Source: Balanoglossus misakiensis
Taxonomy: Eukaryota; Animalia; Hemichordata
Direction: 5' to 3'
Length of the DNA stretch: 64,000 bases
Assembly: GCA_040954595.2 (NCBI GenBank)
Contig: CM082595.2
Location: 1,325,690-1,389,689 of the forward strand
Below the pieces are notes generated by a model. The model searched no databases. It worked only from the letters and a program-made list of their open reading frames with translations, and had not been told where the DNA came from. Within the stretch, counting starts at the first letter, position 1. Every line of letters starts with the position of its first letter. Both the position numbers and the translations under genes were made by a program. Shown piece after piece: positions 1 through 13,500 of this stretch.

Positions 1-1185
1 TTCTATAGTGTATGAGTACAACTGTACTTTGTATGGTATTTATAAAAGTGATAGCTACTATGAGCATCCAGAACTATTATTTTCCCTATAAAAGTCTCTG
101 TGTGAGCCAACAATGATGCCAGAACTATAAGTGCAACTTCTTTTCACAACTGCCACTTTGATCCTCAGACTAGTACAATGAAGACTGAAGGAGGTCATTT
201 ACCGAAGACCTAACCTTAATGCTCAGTCAACCTTAAAACTTTCAAAGAGAGACTTTAGTTTGATATATACACATCGCAGACATACATGACATTACATGAC
301 AAAATAAAAACAAAACAAAACATTTTCTCATGAATTCTATTTTTATTCAAATTTTATCACAATGGAATAGGAAAATTAACAGTGGATTTCTTAAAACAAT
401 AAACTACATCACATAACTACCTGCAACATACATAAAGTCAAAGGTCAACCATATCACTTCTACATATTAGTCTTAGCAATACATTTCAATGATATATATA
501 GCTTACTGCAGGAGTTTCGGATGTTAAATGGAAGACATCATCTAATTCGTTGATGAGCAGTTATGAGACAGTCATTCACCAGATGTAACCAATCAGGCCT
601 CCCATTACAGGAAGAGCCTTATGCAACCTCTATCTTTACACCACTTGATAACATCTGTGAACAAAAAAAAGAAATTTATAAAATATGATGAATATCACTT
701 TTAATCAAACCATCCTTTAAAAAGTTAAATACTTTAAGCTCTGGACACAAAGTTGTAGTTTAGACATTGAACCATTCTCTCATTAGAGTAACAGTAACTT
801 AATTAAAATCATTAATTTCATTAGCAATATTCAATGGCAATAATTCAATATAATCAGCAGTACGTGATCTAGTTATTGAAGTTAATTAGTTCATTAATCA
901 TTGTACATTAAACTGACATTACCATCTAACAATCAGAAAACTGTCATGTTCTTAAGAAAATACACCCTCGTTTTGAAAAGGCTGTCTCAAACATAATATA
1001 ATCTAGGGACGTAAATGAGGAAATTGGTAATTAAGCAAGAAATGAAACCTCAACAAACAAACAACTTGGCAATTGAAAGTTAGGGCGCCACCTACAGGTG
1101 AATGTTGTAAGTCCCCAGATGTTTGTAGGAAAGGGAATTTAATATACAGATACAATTCAATACAAACCTTTTATTGTAAATGTTA

Positions 1186-2600
1186 TCATGTTAATGTATC
1201 TTCACTTCTGATGTATTGTCCAATATCTGCTTGATGAAAAACTACAATATTCATAGGATCTGTCCGTCTGCAATCTTGCGTTGATTTGGCTGCTACTCCA
1301 AATCCCTGTCGCGATCAACAAAGAAATGCAAAATCTCAGTATATTGGTGATGTCAGTTCTCATACCTTTTCAAAAATAATGCAGTAGGGGTATTTTAGCT
1401 TTTTGTACATGGAATACACAATAATACATAAATATTGACGTGTATTATACACTTACCAGTGGAGTATCATTCATAGAATACACAACAACTCCTTGATACT
1501 GTGGTGTGTTTTCTGTTATTCTGCCAAGCCCTGATTTGGAGACATGGTTGCCATAGAGAAATGACTGTTCTGTACCAGGTTTTACCCACACTTTGTACTG
1601 AAACAGAAGAGATTGAAAATATGGAAATGTAACACGAAAAATACATCTCTTTTTGGTTTTCAGGTACCTACTTAGAGTGACACCATTTGATGAAGTTTCC
1701 TGGCAATTTTACCTGTTTGATGGACACTGCATATGCCTATGTTTGGTCAAAAACTGAGGTATGTCTATTATGCCTATATATGGTCAAAAGGGGTGTGTCT
1801 AAGTGAGTGATTGACTTACCTTTGAATATGGTGCCAGGAAATCTAAAGCTGTGATGTGAAGACGAAATTTCTGTGTTTTTGTAAATTTTCCAAAACATGT
1901 TCCAAAGCTGATAAGATGATTTCTTCCAATATTTGCTGCTCTCTTCATCAACGCTTCACTGAAGTGGAAAAAAGACAGCCATGAAATTCACACTCAAATA
2001 TGAGACACCACTTGTGTTGGTTACCCCTTTCACCACCATGGTTTGGTCCAAATACATTGTCTTCTATGGTTAAATTAAGTTGTTGAAATAGAATAAGTGA
2101 ATACAAACCTAACATAGTATACTCTGTCTCTATGAAATCGAAAACAGTACTGTCCATCTGGTCTGTCAATCAATAGTTTAATATTTTCTCCAATGCTGAA
2201 AGAGAAAAGATGGTAAACAATTGTAGTTAGCCATGGCTCTTCATGTTTACAAGCAACATGTTTTCGGTCTATTGCCTGACCCGGAAGTAAAACACACAAG
2301 CTTCAGTATTGATATATATCGTTGATATCTGTCGATACCTGGTAATGTTTTTCAGTCTGCCATAATATGACCATACAAAGGGCTTTCAGATATTAAAGAC
2401 ATTACGATTGACGATGAAATGACCCAGCATGGAACAGTCAAACACTAAATACTAGACTGCTACACTCATTTCATTCATCCATTACATTCATAACTCGTGT
2501 ACTTGCGCTTTTATGTTCATTTCAGCGTCAATGTTCATACTTACTATTTTGACAATTTTTCGAACAAAGCCTTTGTTTCTTCATCAGTTAACGGCCGCAT
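1186..2600 (-). CDS. NIP7: 60S ribosome subunit biogenesis protein NIP7, 5 coding exons
   Basis: Exons 2600-2545, 2195-2109, 1958-1820, 1597-1457, 1305-1186 with GT-AG introns and consistent phases. Translation [47 protein letters not shown]...[48 protein letters not shown]...[16 protein letters not shown] is the NIP7/PUA family. Confidence 0.96.
2021..2074 (+). mobile_element. Truncated MITE family copy in NIP7 intron 2
   Basis: ttacccctttcaccaccatggtttggtccaaatacattgtcttctatggt matches the left half of the element. Confidence 0.65.
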
Positions 2601-3513
2601 TTTGCCCGAAATCGTGCGAGATGCGATCCGTGTGCGCCGTGAATTCGATATAATCGGAAGTTCAGTGACTGGAGACTGCTGAACACGTTTTTTAATTCAT
2701 TGCACAACAACACTGCGCATGTTCGGAGAAGTTGGCGCTATGCACCATGGGTAATACTTAAAGGGAAATCCGACATGCATGTTTTCCCCACAACTATAAT
2801 AACAAAAGAAAGCTGTTTATATTTCTACTTCATCCAACTTTCTGCCACGAAAAATAGCGTTTATATGTGAAGAATCCATGTGTGTGAACAATCAATAATT
2901 AAATTTGCAACAACGTATGTGGTCCCAGGTTCCACGCGTACGAATGTTCGCGTCAGCGTCTGGTCGCGTGGCAACAACGTGGATATTTACATTTACTTGT
3001 CACATGATACAAGGAGGGTTGTATGTAGTTATAGTTCTCCTAGGCTGTACGCCTATGTGTAATTATACTAGATTGTGACCACCACTGTAAATGATAGGTA
3101 ATCAAGTGTATTGATACTTGATAGTTGAACTGATTGGGATTGTCCTTCGAGAAGGTGATTGCGAAGTCTTCTGGAATACAATTATGGAAATGTAGCGAAC
3201 TGTACTATTGTACATTTCCGTGCGACTGTCGGCTGCCGTCCGCGTTAAGCAACTATGATTCAAACACCGGTCTGCAAAGGTAATATGTGGGATTCGGTTT
3301 TTAATCGTGTGGTGTTGCAGTAATTGAAATGGCTATAATTCAAAATAGGAATACCAAGAAGATCAAGGTGTTGACTGTGCAGTTTTAAAACACTTGGGGT
3401 GTTCAATCGCGTCGATTGGCACCAGTCCAACTGACCGGTTTAGTAAAATAGCTGTACTGTTTGCCTTAGAGCTGTTATTCTGAATTTCTTTGGGACAACA
3501 AATAAAAGACAAG

Positions 3514-6500
3514 ATGGCCACACTGCTTCGTCACCACAATAGACACCCAGGGTCAGCTGGTAGTCAGGGTGTGCTTAATACAGGCGGATTGGCACCAACG
3601 ATCTGCAGACCTCCAGTTGTAGAACAGTCATTTCTGGAAACCAGGCACGCCAACCTTCATGTGAGACACAATCAGATGCTTCGTTATTTACACAATGATA
3701 CGACGGCAGAACAGACTTGTAATTTACCACAAATAGGAAAAACCAAGCAAGAATCGACGGGATCAAGAGATTCTAGTGCGTCATTAATCCAAGGACGATC
3801 AGACGTAAATTTTCCGAAATTTTCGTTGTCAAGGGGACCATGTACCAGCGCTGTACGCAAAACGGACGCTCCGCTCAGAACGAGCACTGAAAGCACACTA
3901 GCAAAAACAGCATTACTGTTAGAAAATGTTGATATCAACGAAGAAGAAACAGTGACTGATATTTTGCTTGGAAATGACGGCCTTGTGATAGAAGATTTGA
4001 GAATTACAGACAAGATCAACGAGCCTGACTTCATTGAAAACGAAGATTGTTCCGACGATATTGAAGGTAATCTTTTTTTCTTATTGACCCTTTCTCTTGT
4101 TATGGTTAATAACATTGGTTGTCAGCAGGAAATATAACATTGAAAAATAGATGAAACCAGGTTGGCTAACAATTTCCCTTTGCATAATTCAACAGTCCAA
4201 GGCTTGTGATTATACACATCTTTCTAATTCGCTGACCGATGACACCGTTGCTATGGTTATAGATATTTATTAGAATTCACCCCGAAATGTGAATACCGTC
4301 CTTCTCTGGACGATTTGCAAGAAAGAGGACATTCCTCATTTTGCCGGACAAAACCTGAACAGATTTGCAAAACAAAACGACCTTTTGTAAATTTTGTAAC
4401 CCTCCGTTAGCTTTATTGTGTATGCGACATCACAGCAGACAATGATCGATTCAATGCGATGTAAATCACTAAGACTATTGAATTGTAGCTGAGCTGGTAG
4501 ACGCGATAAAAAGGTTGATTGTATTACTGTCGACGTACTACGCCTTTCAGATATATACTTGTTAATTTGTCAATTTCTGAAGGGTCGCGTCTGTGGTGTG
4601 TCTAGAATGTTGATTTCCTGCGAGTACAACATGAGATACATGAATATAGTGGAGTGCTAATTTCCGCATACCTTGATGCGGTTGAACCCCAAGGATGTAT
4701 GTCACCATGGCAACGATCTACTTGCCTTGTCTGAGTAGATTGTCACGTGATGTCTACAGAATCACTTTCCTTAAATATGTTCCTAAAATGAACATGTGTA
4801 TGTCAGAAGCGCGCAATTAGTTTGGTCCTCTCGATCTAATCAACTGAAAAAAAATACTGAACGACTCGTAACGGGTTTCTGCCGTAAATGTTAACGCATT
4901 GTTAAGTAAATATCCATTTTCATGAATGTAATAAACCTGATGATTGTGATAATGGATTAGTTGTAGTGTGCACAACGCGCAAACTCATTGTGATCGAAAT
5001 GGGCAAAAGCTTTTACCCAGAGTCCCTTGGGAAATTATAGCATCAGATGTTGGCCGCATTAGGCCCCCTAAATGTCATCAAAGCGAGTATTGAAACTGAC
5101 AAATTGAATTTCCTGGTTTAACGTTTAGATCAATCGCTACAATGTTCTATAAAACCAGGGCGCTTAGAGATGATAAAGGATAAACCGTATATTGCAAATG
5201 GGCAGTTGTCTACGAAACGGAATCTACCGACCACCTGTTGATCGAGACCCCCCGCGCTATTTCTTTCTTGCTGTACGTGCTGAGCTACTGTGATAGAGGG
5301 ACGTCGACTATGGCCACAAGTAACTTCGGTCTGTGAGATATGTCGTGTGAGTGCCTTGTGGTATAGATTGAAAAGTAGGAGATGTGAAAATAAATAAATA
5401 AACAAAGTGGAAATATTTCGAACCGGAATGCAAACAAACACACGCGGAACTGTGTATTTTGTGCAGATCAGGAGTGCCTCCCACGCTCCACATCGAAACA
5501 CACCCCTTCTTGTCAGTTAGGTGTAATTCTAGCAACTATGTCTAAACCAAATTCCACCGCAATCCGCGCCAAACTTCGCCCCGTCATCATTAGAGGTTAC
5601 AGGGTAAAGCGTTGTTGCATAGCAACGGGTTTATTTATGACGTTGCTTCTGATCGGCTTCAATCGTCAATAGTATGTATTGACATATTATCAACATAGCG
5701 TTCGCATTTGATTGTATTTCAAGTCTCGACAAGTTTTAAGCTTTCAATAAACCAAACATTTAAATGCAAATAGAATGGCTTTCAACTAAATCAGCGCCTG
5801 TCATACCGTTGTTTACACCATCTTTCGCTTAGACGAGGATCCCTAAGATCATCAGCTGAAGGCCAAGATAAGAAAGTTCTTTAACTTTGGCATATTATAC
5901 GACCAGGCGCTTGTCAAGTCGTTACGACTTAGTCTGTCTATATGAAGCCGTAAGTTTATACAAGTATTGTGTTATCGATAAAGGCATATACGTACGACGA
6001 TTGCTACTTTTAAACATCTTGGCATATTGTGACCGTCTTTAATCACTTCGGAATTCGCCATTTTGATTTAACGCCTTTCTTTTGCTCACTTCACTGAAAA
6101 TCCACGCATATGGCAGTGGAAATTCTTCCTTTGTCGCAATGTGCGACAAAGTTTTCTGGTAACTGTGGTATTTGTTTGCTAAAGCCATTAGGTTGAAGTA
6201 CCATTGCATAAATTCGCTGACCCATTCCCGTAACGCACTTCTAGTTCAAAAGATCGCGTCAAAGTAATATATTGTCGTGTAGGGATGATTTTAGCAAAAC
6301 ATTTGCATACTTTTCTGTTGTAATACGTTTCTTTTAATGTAATGTTCATGTATTATGTTGTGTTGCAGAAATCAGGGCTGACGACAGTTTTGAAGACATT
6401 GTAGGAGATCCCTCAGTGCAGTTTGCACCAACTCTAGAAGGAACAGCCAAACCCATAACCAGGCCACGACCACGAAGTTCTAAAATAAGACTTTCAAAGC

Positions 6501-7454
6501 GAAACGGGCGAAAGTCCAGAGCAAGATCGGCGAGAAACAGACGAAAATCTGGAAAGAGAAAACTCAGTACAAAGCAGGCAAAAATCGTTGAGCACGAACA
6601 AGCTGAACAAACCGGAGATCAAGACGAGTTAAAATTTGAGTCCATCGTAGGTTTTGTTCCGACTGTAAACAAACCTTCCCAGCTTCATAGAAAACCAACA
6701 CCTCCAAAGAAAACCAAACAACAACATTTTTATCATTTACAAAGTATAAGACAAGCGACACTCATTTATGGACAACATTTGCCTCGTATGACAAAATCCT
6801 CCAGTGTACAGACATTTACAACTGATCGCAACGGTTCAGCAGCGTACTTACTGAAATCGACTCCTAGTATCACATCGTCACCATGGAAACTAAACGATGA
6901 AAGAGTTAATCTGACCAGAGTGTATCTGTCAGAGAGGCAATCTGGAGTGATCAAAGAACTTGGACGTAGTTACCCATGCGCGCCTCCAGCCACACCGACA
7001 GTTGAACTCTGCGAGTATGTACCGTGTATGAACGATATACGGGTAAGTCTTACATGCATTTTTTTTCATTTTTGGTCGATGAACATTTAAATCTTCACAA
7101 AAAGTTCTGGAGGCGCCCTAACCACCAAAGGCATTTCTTACATGTACATGTGAAATATTATCGCTATGATCGTATTTGCGCAAATATCAATAAATGTTTT
7201 ATTTATTTTTTTAGAGTCAACGTGAAGTGAAAGCTCGACTTAATGATATGCAACTTACAGAAAAGAAGAGGAAAGAAAAACGAAAGGAAGAAGTAAGAAG
7301 AGCTGAGATTCAGAAACAGAAAGACAACATTACTGAACAAAAACAGCGACAAAGACAAGAAATATACGCACTTAACAAAATTATGACGCTTTTGGAGAAT
7401 GACAATTTTAGAAATTTTTGTAAGATGCAGTTAGATCATGAGAAATCAGGATAG
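3514..7454 (+). CDS. 488-aa mostly low-complexity protein with a C-terminal SVBP (CCDC23)-like helix, 3 coding exons
   Basis: Exons 3514-4066, 6369-7042, 7215-7454 join in frame (phase 1, then phase 0; 1467 nt). C-terminus KQRQRQEIYALNKIMTLLENDNFRNFCKMQ closely resembles vertebrate SVBP [30 protein letters not shown] (recalled). Confidence 0.8.
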
Positions 7455-7470
7455 ATTTTAAATTTGAACA

Positions 7471-7833
7471 ATGAATATGAACAAGGCAAGGCAAGCAAGA
7501 CCCGCTGTGTGTATACCGCCCTCAGCGGTGGTTGGAAACGACAGACTTTTGGCAAGGGCACAAAGATATCACATTGGAAAAGTTAATCAACCAAAGATTG
7601 GACAGAAAAAAGAGATTTATGCACGGAGGTATCAAGTTCCAATTAAAGAGATCAAAGAATCACCACATGAAACTCAAGTTAGACAAAGAAAGGAGATTTA
7701 TGCTTTGAATAAAATTATGATGGAATTAGAACACTCGAATTTTAAAAAGTTTTGTGAAAGGCAAAGATCGCAGAAACTGCCAAAACTGAGAACAGATACA
7801 AGTCCTGCAAAAAAGCGAGGAACACAGAGGTGA
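7471..7833 (+). CDS. Intronless 120-aa ORF with a second SVBP-like helix
   Basis: ATG 16 nt after the upstream stop, in a different frame. Contains VRQRKEIYALNKIMMELEHSNFKKFCERQ plus a partial repeat QKKEIYARR. Confidence 0.65.
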   Translation: MNMNKARQARPAVCIPPSAVVGNDRLLARAQRYHIGKVNQPKIGQKKEIYARRYQVPIKEIKESPHETQVRQRKEIYALNKIMMELEHSNFKKFCERQRSQKLPKLRTDTSPAKKRGTQR

Positions 7834-10503
7834 TGTTTAGAATAATCATGATCAATTCTCTTCATACAGCTGCAACTGATCTCTTGAAGTCTTGCAAATG
7901 ATAGCTGGATATATGATCTGAAATCAATGAAAGTCAATCTCTGCAGGTCTAATAACTATATAGGTCTATCCGTCCATAATTTTACTCTCATTGACTGAGA
8001 GACTTACCTTGGCAGACTTCCGTGTTAACATTTCACACGTCGGGAAGGGGATCTTTAATTCTACTATCATGGTCCATTGCCCTTCTATGACCATGGCTTA
8101 GTCCTAATCTGTTGCTTTCTATGGTACAGTTGGACCTCAAACTTCAATTCCCTTAAAGACACTTTTATAACTTTTTTTATAAGGTAATGTTGGTCTGTTG
8201 CATTTCTGTCAGTCTTTTCAACAGTCAAAGATTTGATTCAGTTTTACTTGTGGTTTCATAATTGACATAATCATTACATTCACCTGGTTGCTCAAACCTT
8301 TTCAAGTGCTATGCAAATGATTTTCAAGGAATGTGTATGACTCATGAATTTTAACTGATGATAGCGCTCAGTTAGACCATGGCTTGATTTCTGTGATCTG
8401 TCAAATCTGGATACTGTTCCCAACCATACCTCGATCTGCAGAGCTCTGAAGGAATAGGAGCTTATGGCATAGAGGGAGCAAATTCGTAAGGTCTCTGTAC
8501 AGTTGAGGGGTTGTAGATAATAGAAACGTGTATCACATTTCATCATTTATCAAAGACATATCCAGATTGAGATTCAGTTCAGTATTCAGTTTTTACTTCA
8601 CACCAGTTTGTTCTACGCACATTGCAGTACTCACAGTACGTCTGGATACATAGTATTAAGAAACTATGGTGCTGGATCAATGTTTGTGAAATGCTACAAT
8701 GACTTGTGGCAACTTTTTGTAATTCTGTTGTGTAAGAAAAATTTGTCATGTGCTGAGTACTAATAAAGAATAATTTGACCATCATTATCACTGTAGACTT
8801 GAGGACTTGGGACTACACCACCACTGAAATCATGCACACAATCACACATGCTGATATACTCAGACAGTGTGAACAACCATACACCCTTTTTATAAGTTTA
8901 GCGCCCTCATGAGTTCGAACTCAAAGTGAAGTTGACCAATCACATCAAGAAAATGACACATATATTGTGAAGAGCATTTTAATGCTACATTAACTTACCT
9001 GGTACATACTATCAAATATTACAAGTAACTCGATCTGTACAGGCTTTTACACGAAGTGATTAGAATCAAAAATCAAATCACATCAAATCATGCAATCACA
9101 CAACCCTATCACAAACTTTCCAAATTTACAAAACACTTGGTTCAACCAAAAAGGATTATCACTAAGCATGTCATAATTGGTTTTCATCACTTAACATATC
9201 TGTTAGAATTTGTTTCATTATTAAGTCATGTGAATAAACATTTCTGTGTGTTACCGTAGTTACGTATAGTTTTCTGCCTCCTTCAAAGTGCAATATCTCA
9301 GTGAAACTCATGTCCATGACATTTGCTGAAATTCTGTAAAATATGGATTGAGAATTGCCAACCAATTCTACACTAAATTTACTAGTACATGATAGGTATT
9401 GCATTTTTAAAAATAAACTTTAAACTCTATCTCATTCTTGTTATTTTTTTGTGACGTTTGTAAATTTTGCTTTGCAGACATTACGCATGTAATAATAGTA
9501 GTATCCTTGTTGCTTGGCAACATGCACGACTGCAAAGTAACAAGCAGGGTTATGAATGTATAAATACCATAAAAATGAAAAGTATAAACTGAAACACTAC
9601 ACTGTTGAAATATCACAATACTATTAATTATCAACTTGTGCTATAATATTAAAGTTCAACATGGTAGATATAAATGTAGCTATTTTCTCACCTAATAACC
9701 AATGATTTTATTTTGTAACATAATATGTAAATTTCTGACATGATACATCTATTGTTACAATAGGACTTCATTGTTTCAATTTCAAGATCAGAATATTGCT
9801 ACAAAGTGCTACATAGTTGCAACAATCAAGCAGATCATTTTCATTCTTTTAACTGTTCACAGATTTAATGAGATGTCAAATTAACACAACAATTTCTAAT
9901 GATGTGAAATGTAAAAAAAAACTAACATTTCCACTAAACTGCACAAGCAGAAATTCCACAGGAGATGATCAAATGACAAAGAGAATGTGACAATTTGAGA
10001 AGAGAGAGCTACAAGGCATGTTCAGCAGGTTACAAACTTTGAAACATTGTAGCAAAATTAACATCCTAGTATTTCAGTTTTTTCTGAGCATACAGCACTA
10101 TTCCAATATTCCAAGGGCACTAACCAGCAAACTGTACATGTAATATAATGCGTTGTTAAAGACTCACAGTTCAGCATAAATCATTCCAAATAATTCAGGT
10201 TCTAAATTACAACAGAAATGCTAAACAAACAGGGACGTAATTGGTTCATAGGAATCACACAAAACTATGATATGCTCAACAGTTCTATAAATATAACTAT
10301 CTCAATTTTTTCTATATTTACCTGCAAAGTGCTTGCTCAATATAAATATCAGAATATAGATTTTTAAAGTTTAGTAGGGAACGTCATGTGTTACCATGGA
10401 AATAAATGTAAAGGGTTGACTGTAGTGGAAATATCTCAGACCATTTGTCTGCATGTAGACATTCTGAATGAATTACCATGGTAACGGGTGGTCTCAGAAA
10501 TCT

Positions 10504-13500
10504 TTACTCAGGTGATGGCATACACTTCAATCTGTCAAATGCAGCTCTTTCCAATGATTCTCTGTGGTCTGGATGCGCAATGCTAATCAAGGCATATGCA
10601 CGTTGTCGTATGTTCTTTCCAAACAAGTATGCAATGCCGTATTCTGTCACCACATAATGGACATGAGCACGAGTTGTAACAATGCCAGCGCCTAGAAACA
10701 AAACAGAATATGTTAGCCTGGTATCTGTGTGATCATTAAGTTCTCAGCATAACTGGAACCACAACAGATCAAAACAACTCTCCCGGTACCACCACTGCGG
10801 GTATTAATCTTCCATTTACCTTCTTTCAATACTGGCACTATCTTGCTTTCTCCTCTACTTGTGGTTGAAGGCAATGCAATGATGGGTTTTCCACGTCCAT
10901 CCATTCCTAATGCGGCACCTCTGATGAAATCCACTTGACCTCCAACTCCTATGACAATCATATAAGTAGAAAGAGAAGAATTATAATTTATAAACGTCAA
11001 AGACAGACCTCAGTTGAATTCTTAGGATCAAGTTAAGGTGGTCAAGGGTCATATCATGAAATCAAAGTACAAATACATAGTCAAAGTAAAACCTGTCTTA
11101 ACCGAACACCAAAGGGACTAAAGAAATTGTTTAGTTTGTATAGGTGTCCGGTTTATAGAGGTTCTTTTAACATGTGGTTCTAGGTCGAAGGGACAGGAAA
11201 ATGTGTTTGGTATAGACAGGTTTCCTGATAATGTTCGGTTTAGACAGGTGTTGCTGTATAACAGATGTCCATGTTCACATACCTGAATACATGCGAGTTC
11301 CAATAGAATCGGCGACTACCTGTCCAGTCAGATCAACTTCAATGCAGGAATTAATGGCTGTTACTCTCGGATTCTGGGATATGATAGCCGTGTTGTTGAC
11401 AAATGCAATATCACACATAACTGCAAAGAAAACAAAACCTATCAGAGTGTAGCAACAGCGCCTACATCCTTAAGAATACATCCCTGATTTCTGCTAGATG
11501 ACTAGGCTGCAATAGGAAAAAATAAACTTACCAATAAAAGGATTATCATCCAAGAAATCAAAGATGCGCCTGCTTCCAACACAAAATCCACCAACAATCT
11601 TTCCTTGGTGAATCTTCTTGTGTGCGTTTGTGACAGCACCACTTTTGACTAGATCCAGAATTCCATCACTGAACATCTCGGAATGGATTCCCAGATTCTG
11701 GTGGTTGTGGAGTTGTGCCAATACAGCATCCGGAATAGATCCGATGCCTAGTATGGAGTTGTATGGAGAGAATTCTGATAAGTGTTGCTGTGTGGTATAC
11801 ATACTGTGCTTACAGTGAATGAGTTTCAAAACCAAGAACAGCACACAGCATGCAATTGTGGGTCACTTGACCATAGTAACCAACCAGCGAGGCTACCACA
11901 GTCATGTGATTCTATTCAGCCAATAGGAACTAAGACATATTACCAACTCATGAGTCAAATCAAAAGACAATATTTATAGACAACAGGGAAAGGACATATA
12001 CCCATTTGTAGTGTAGCGCCGTCTTCTACAAGATTTTCAGCAATAAATCTGCCAATGGATCTCTCAACGTCGGATAACGGATGAGCTGGATGCTCCGGCA
12101 AATCAAAGTCATCTTCACAAAGGGCATCAAAGTGGGATTTGTGGATAATTCCGTCACCAAATGTTCTTGGCATCTTCGGATTGACCAGTCCTGCATATGG
12201 AAAAAGTATTGCCGGTTACAGGTTCTAATAAGAACAGATATGTATAAATATATAATGTGGTCTAGGGACCATACAAATGACTTTGTCCTCACCTACGATG
12301 TATCGTGCATTCTGAATAGCTGCTCTGGTACAATCTATGCTGGGTCCCAGGGTACAAAATCCATGATCATCTGGTCGACTGACTTGAATCAATGCAACAT
12401 CAAGGTTGATGATATTTCTGCGGAACAACAGCGGAATTTCACTGAGAAAGATGGGAGTGAAATCTGCTCGTCCTGAAGCGATTGCCTCTCTGCAGTTAGC
12501 ACCAATGAAGAATGAGTTGCTTCGGAAAATATCTGCAAAGAAGAACAATAATTTGATAAAGAAAGTTGGAAACTTTGATCTTTGAGGTGCATTTTACCTT
12601 AGAGGGCCACGATACCCTTATGCGCATGCCAAACCTGGAGAGACTCTGGTCACAAAAATTTACAGAACATTTGAATTGGACGTATTAATGTTTGTACACA
12701 CGAAATTACGCACATGCGCATAAGACGATTGTCAGCGTTTAAGTCAGCTAGTCCAAATAATGACCTCCGGAGAAACTGATCATAAAGATCATAATAATTA
12801 AAAACCGTACCTTCATATTCAGGTCTGGCATAGAGCGCTTTTCCTTCAGTGTGGATGTGAAATAATTTGATATTGTTCAAGCTATTTTCAGCCGCATATT
12901 CTGTCATAGCATTGACCAGAGGAACTGGAGTAGCTGCACCACCATGAATAAAAACACTGTCATCTGAAAAACAATCCAAATACAATATTTACCATCATTC
13001 CTGCAGTTTCATTATCATGAATTGTCATGGCAACACATTCACCACAGTCAGGGCAGTGATCAATTTTCATGATATCAGTGTCACTTACGAAATTAGATTT
13101 CAGTGGATGTGTGAGAGGATATGGTGGTGATACCAATTTTTTGAAAACTGAACATTTTGATAATTTTATAAAATGCACAGAGCATTGCTGTTCTTGCAAG
13201 GTCAAGACATAAAAGACCTATTTAAGGTCAGTGCCCTTCCGTGAAGGTCATATGCTAATTTCACTCGGTCAAATACAAATTCTATGCCAGTATAAATTAC
13301 ATACATTGCCCGAGCGAATATTTTGTAGTTTTGATGTGGATGCATGGTTGCAGATTTTAGTTCAGGGCAGACACTATATGGTGTCGACATTCAAAGTACG
13401 GTAGACTGAATACGCCCCATCCTGAGACAAAGGAAAGACAGGATTTGGGATCATGAAATTGTGCCGTCCATATGTAATAGTGATCGAGACAGATTTCTAC

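Noticed and set aside
5130-5535. Antisense ORFs in the SVBP-like first intron
   Set aside because: No homology cues or exon structure; probably by-products of locally higher GC.
7452-7590. Stop-codon readthrough fusing the two SVBP helices
   Set aside because: Reading through TAG 7452-7454 stays in a different frame from ORF2 and stops again near 7586 without an SVBP motif.
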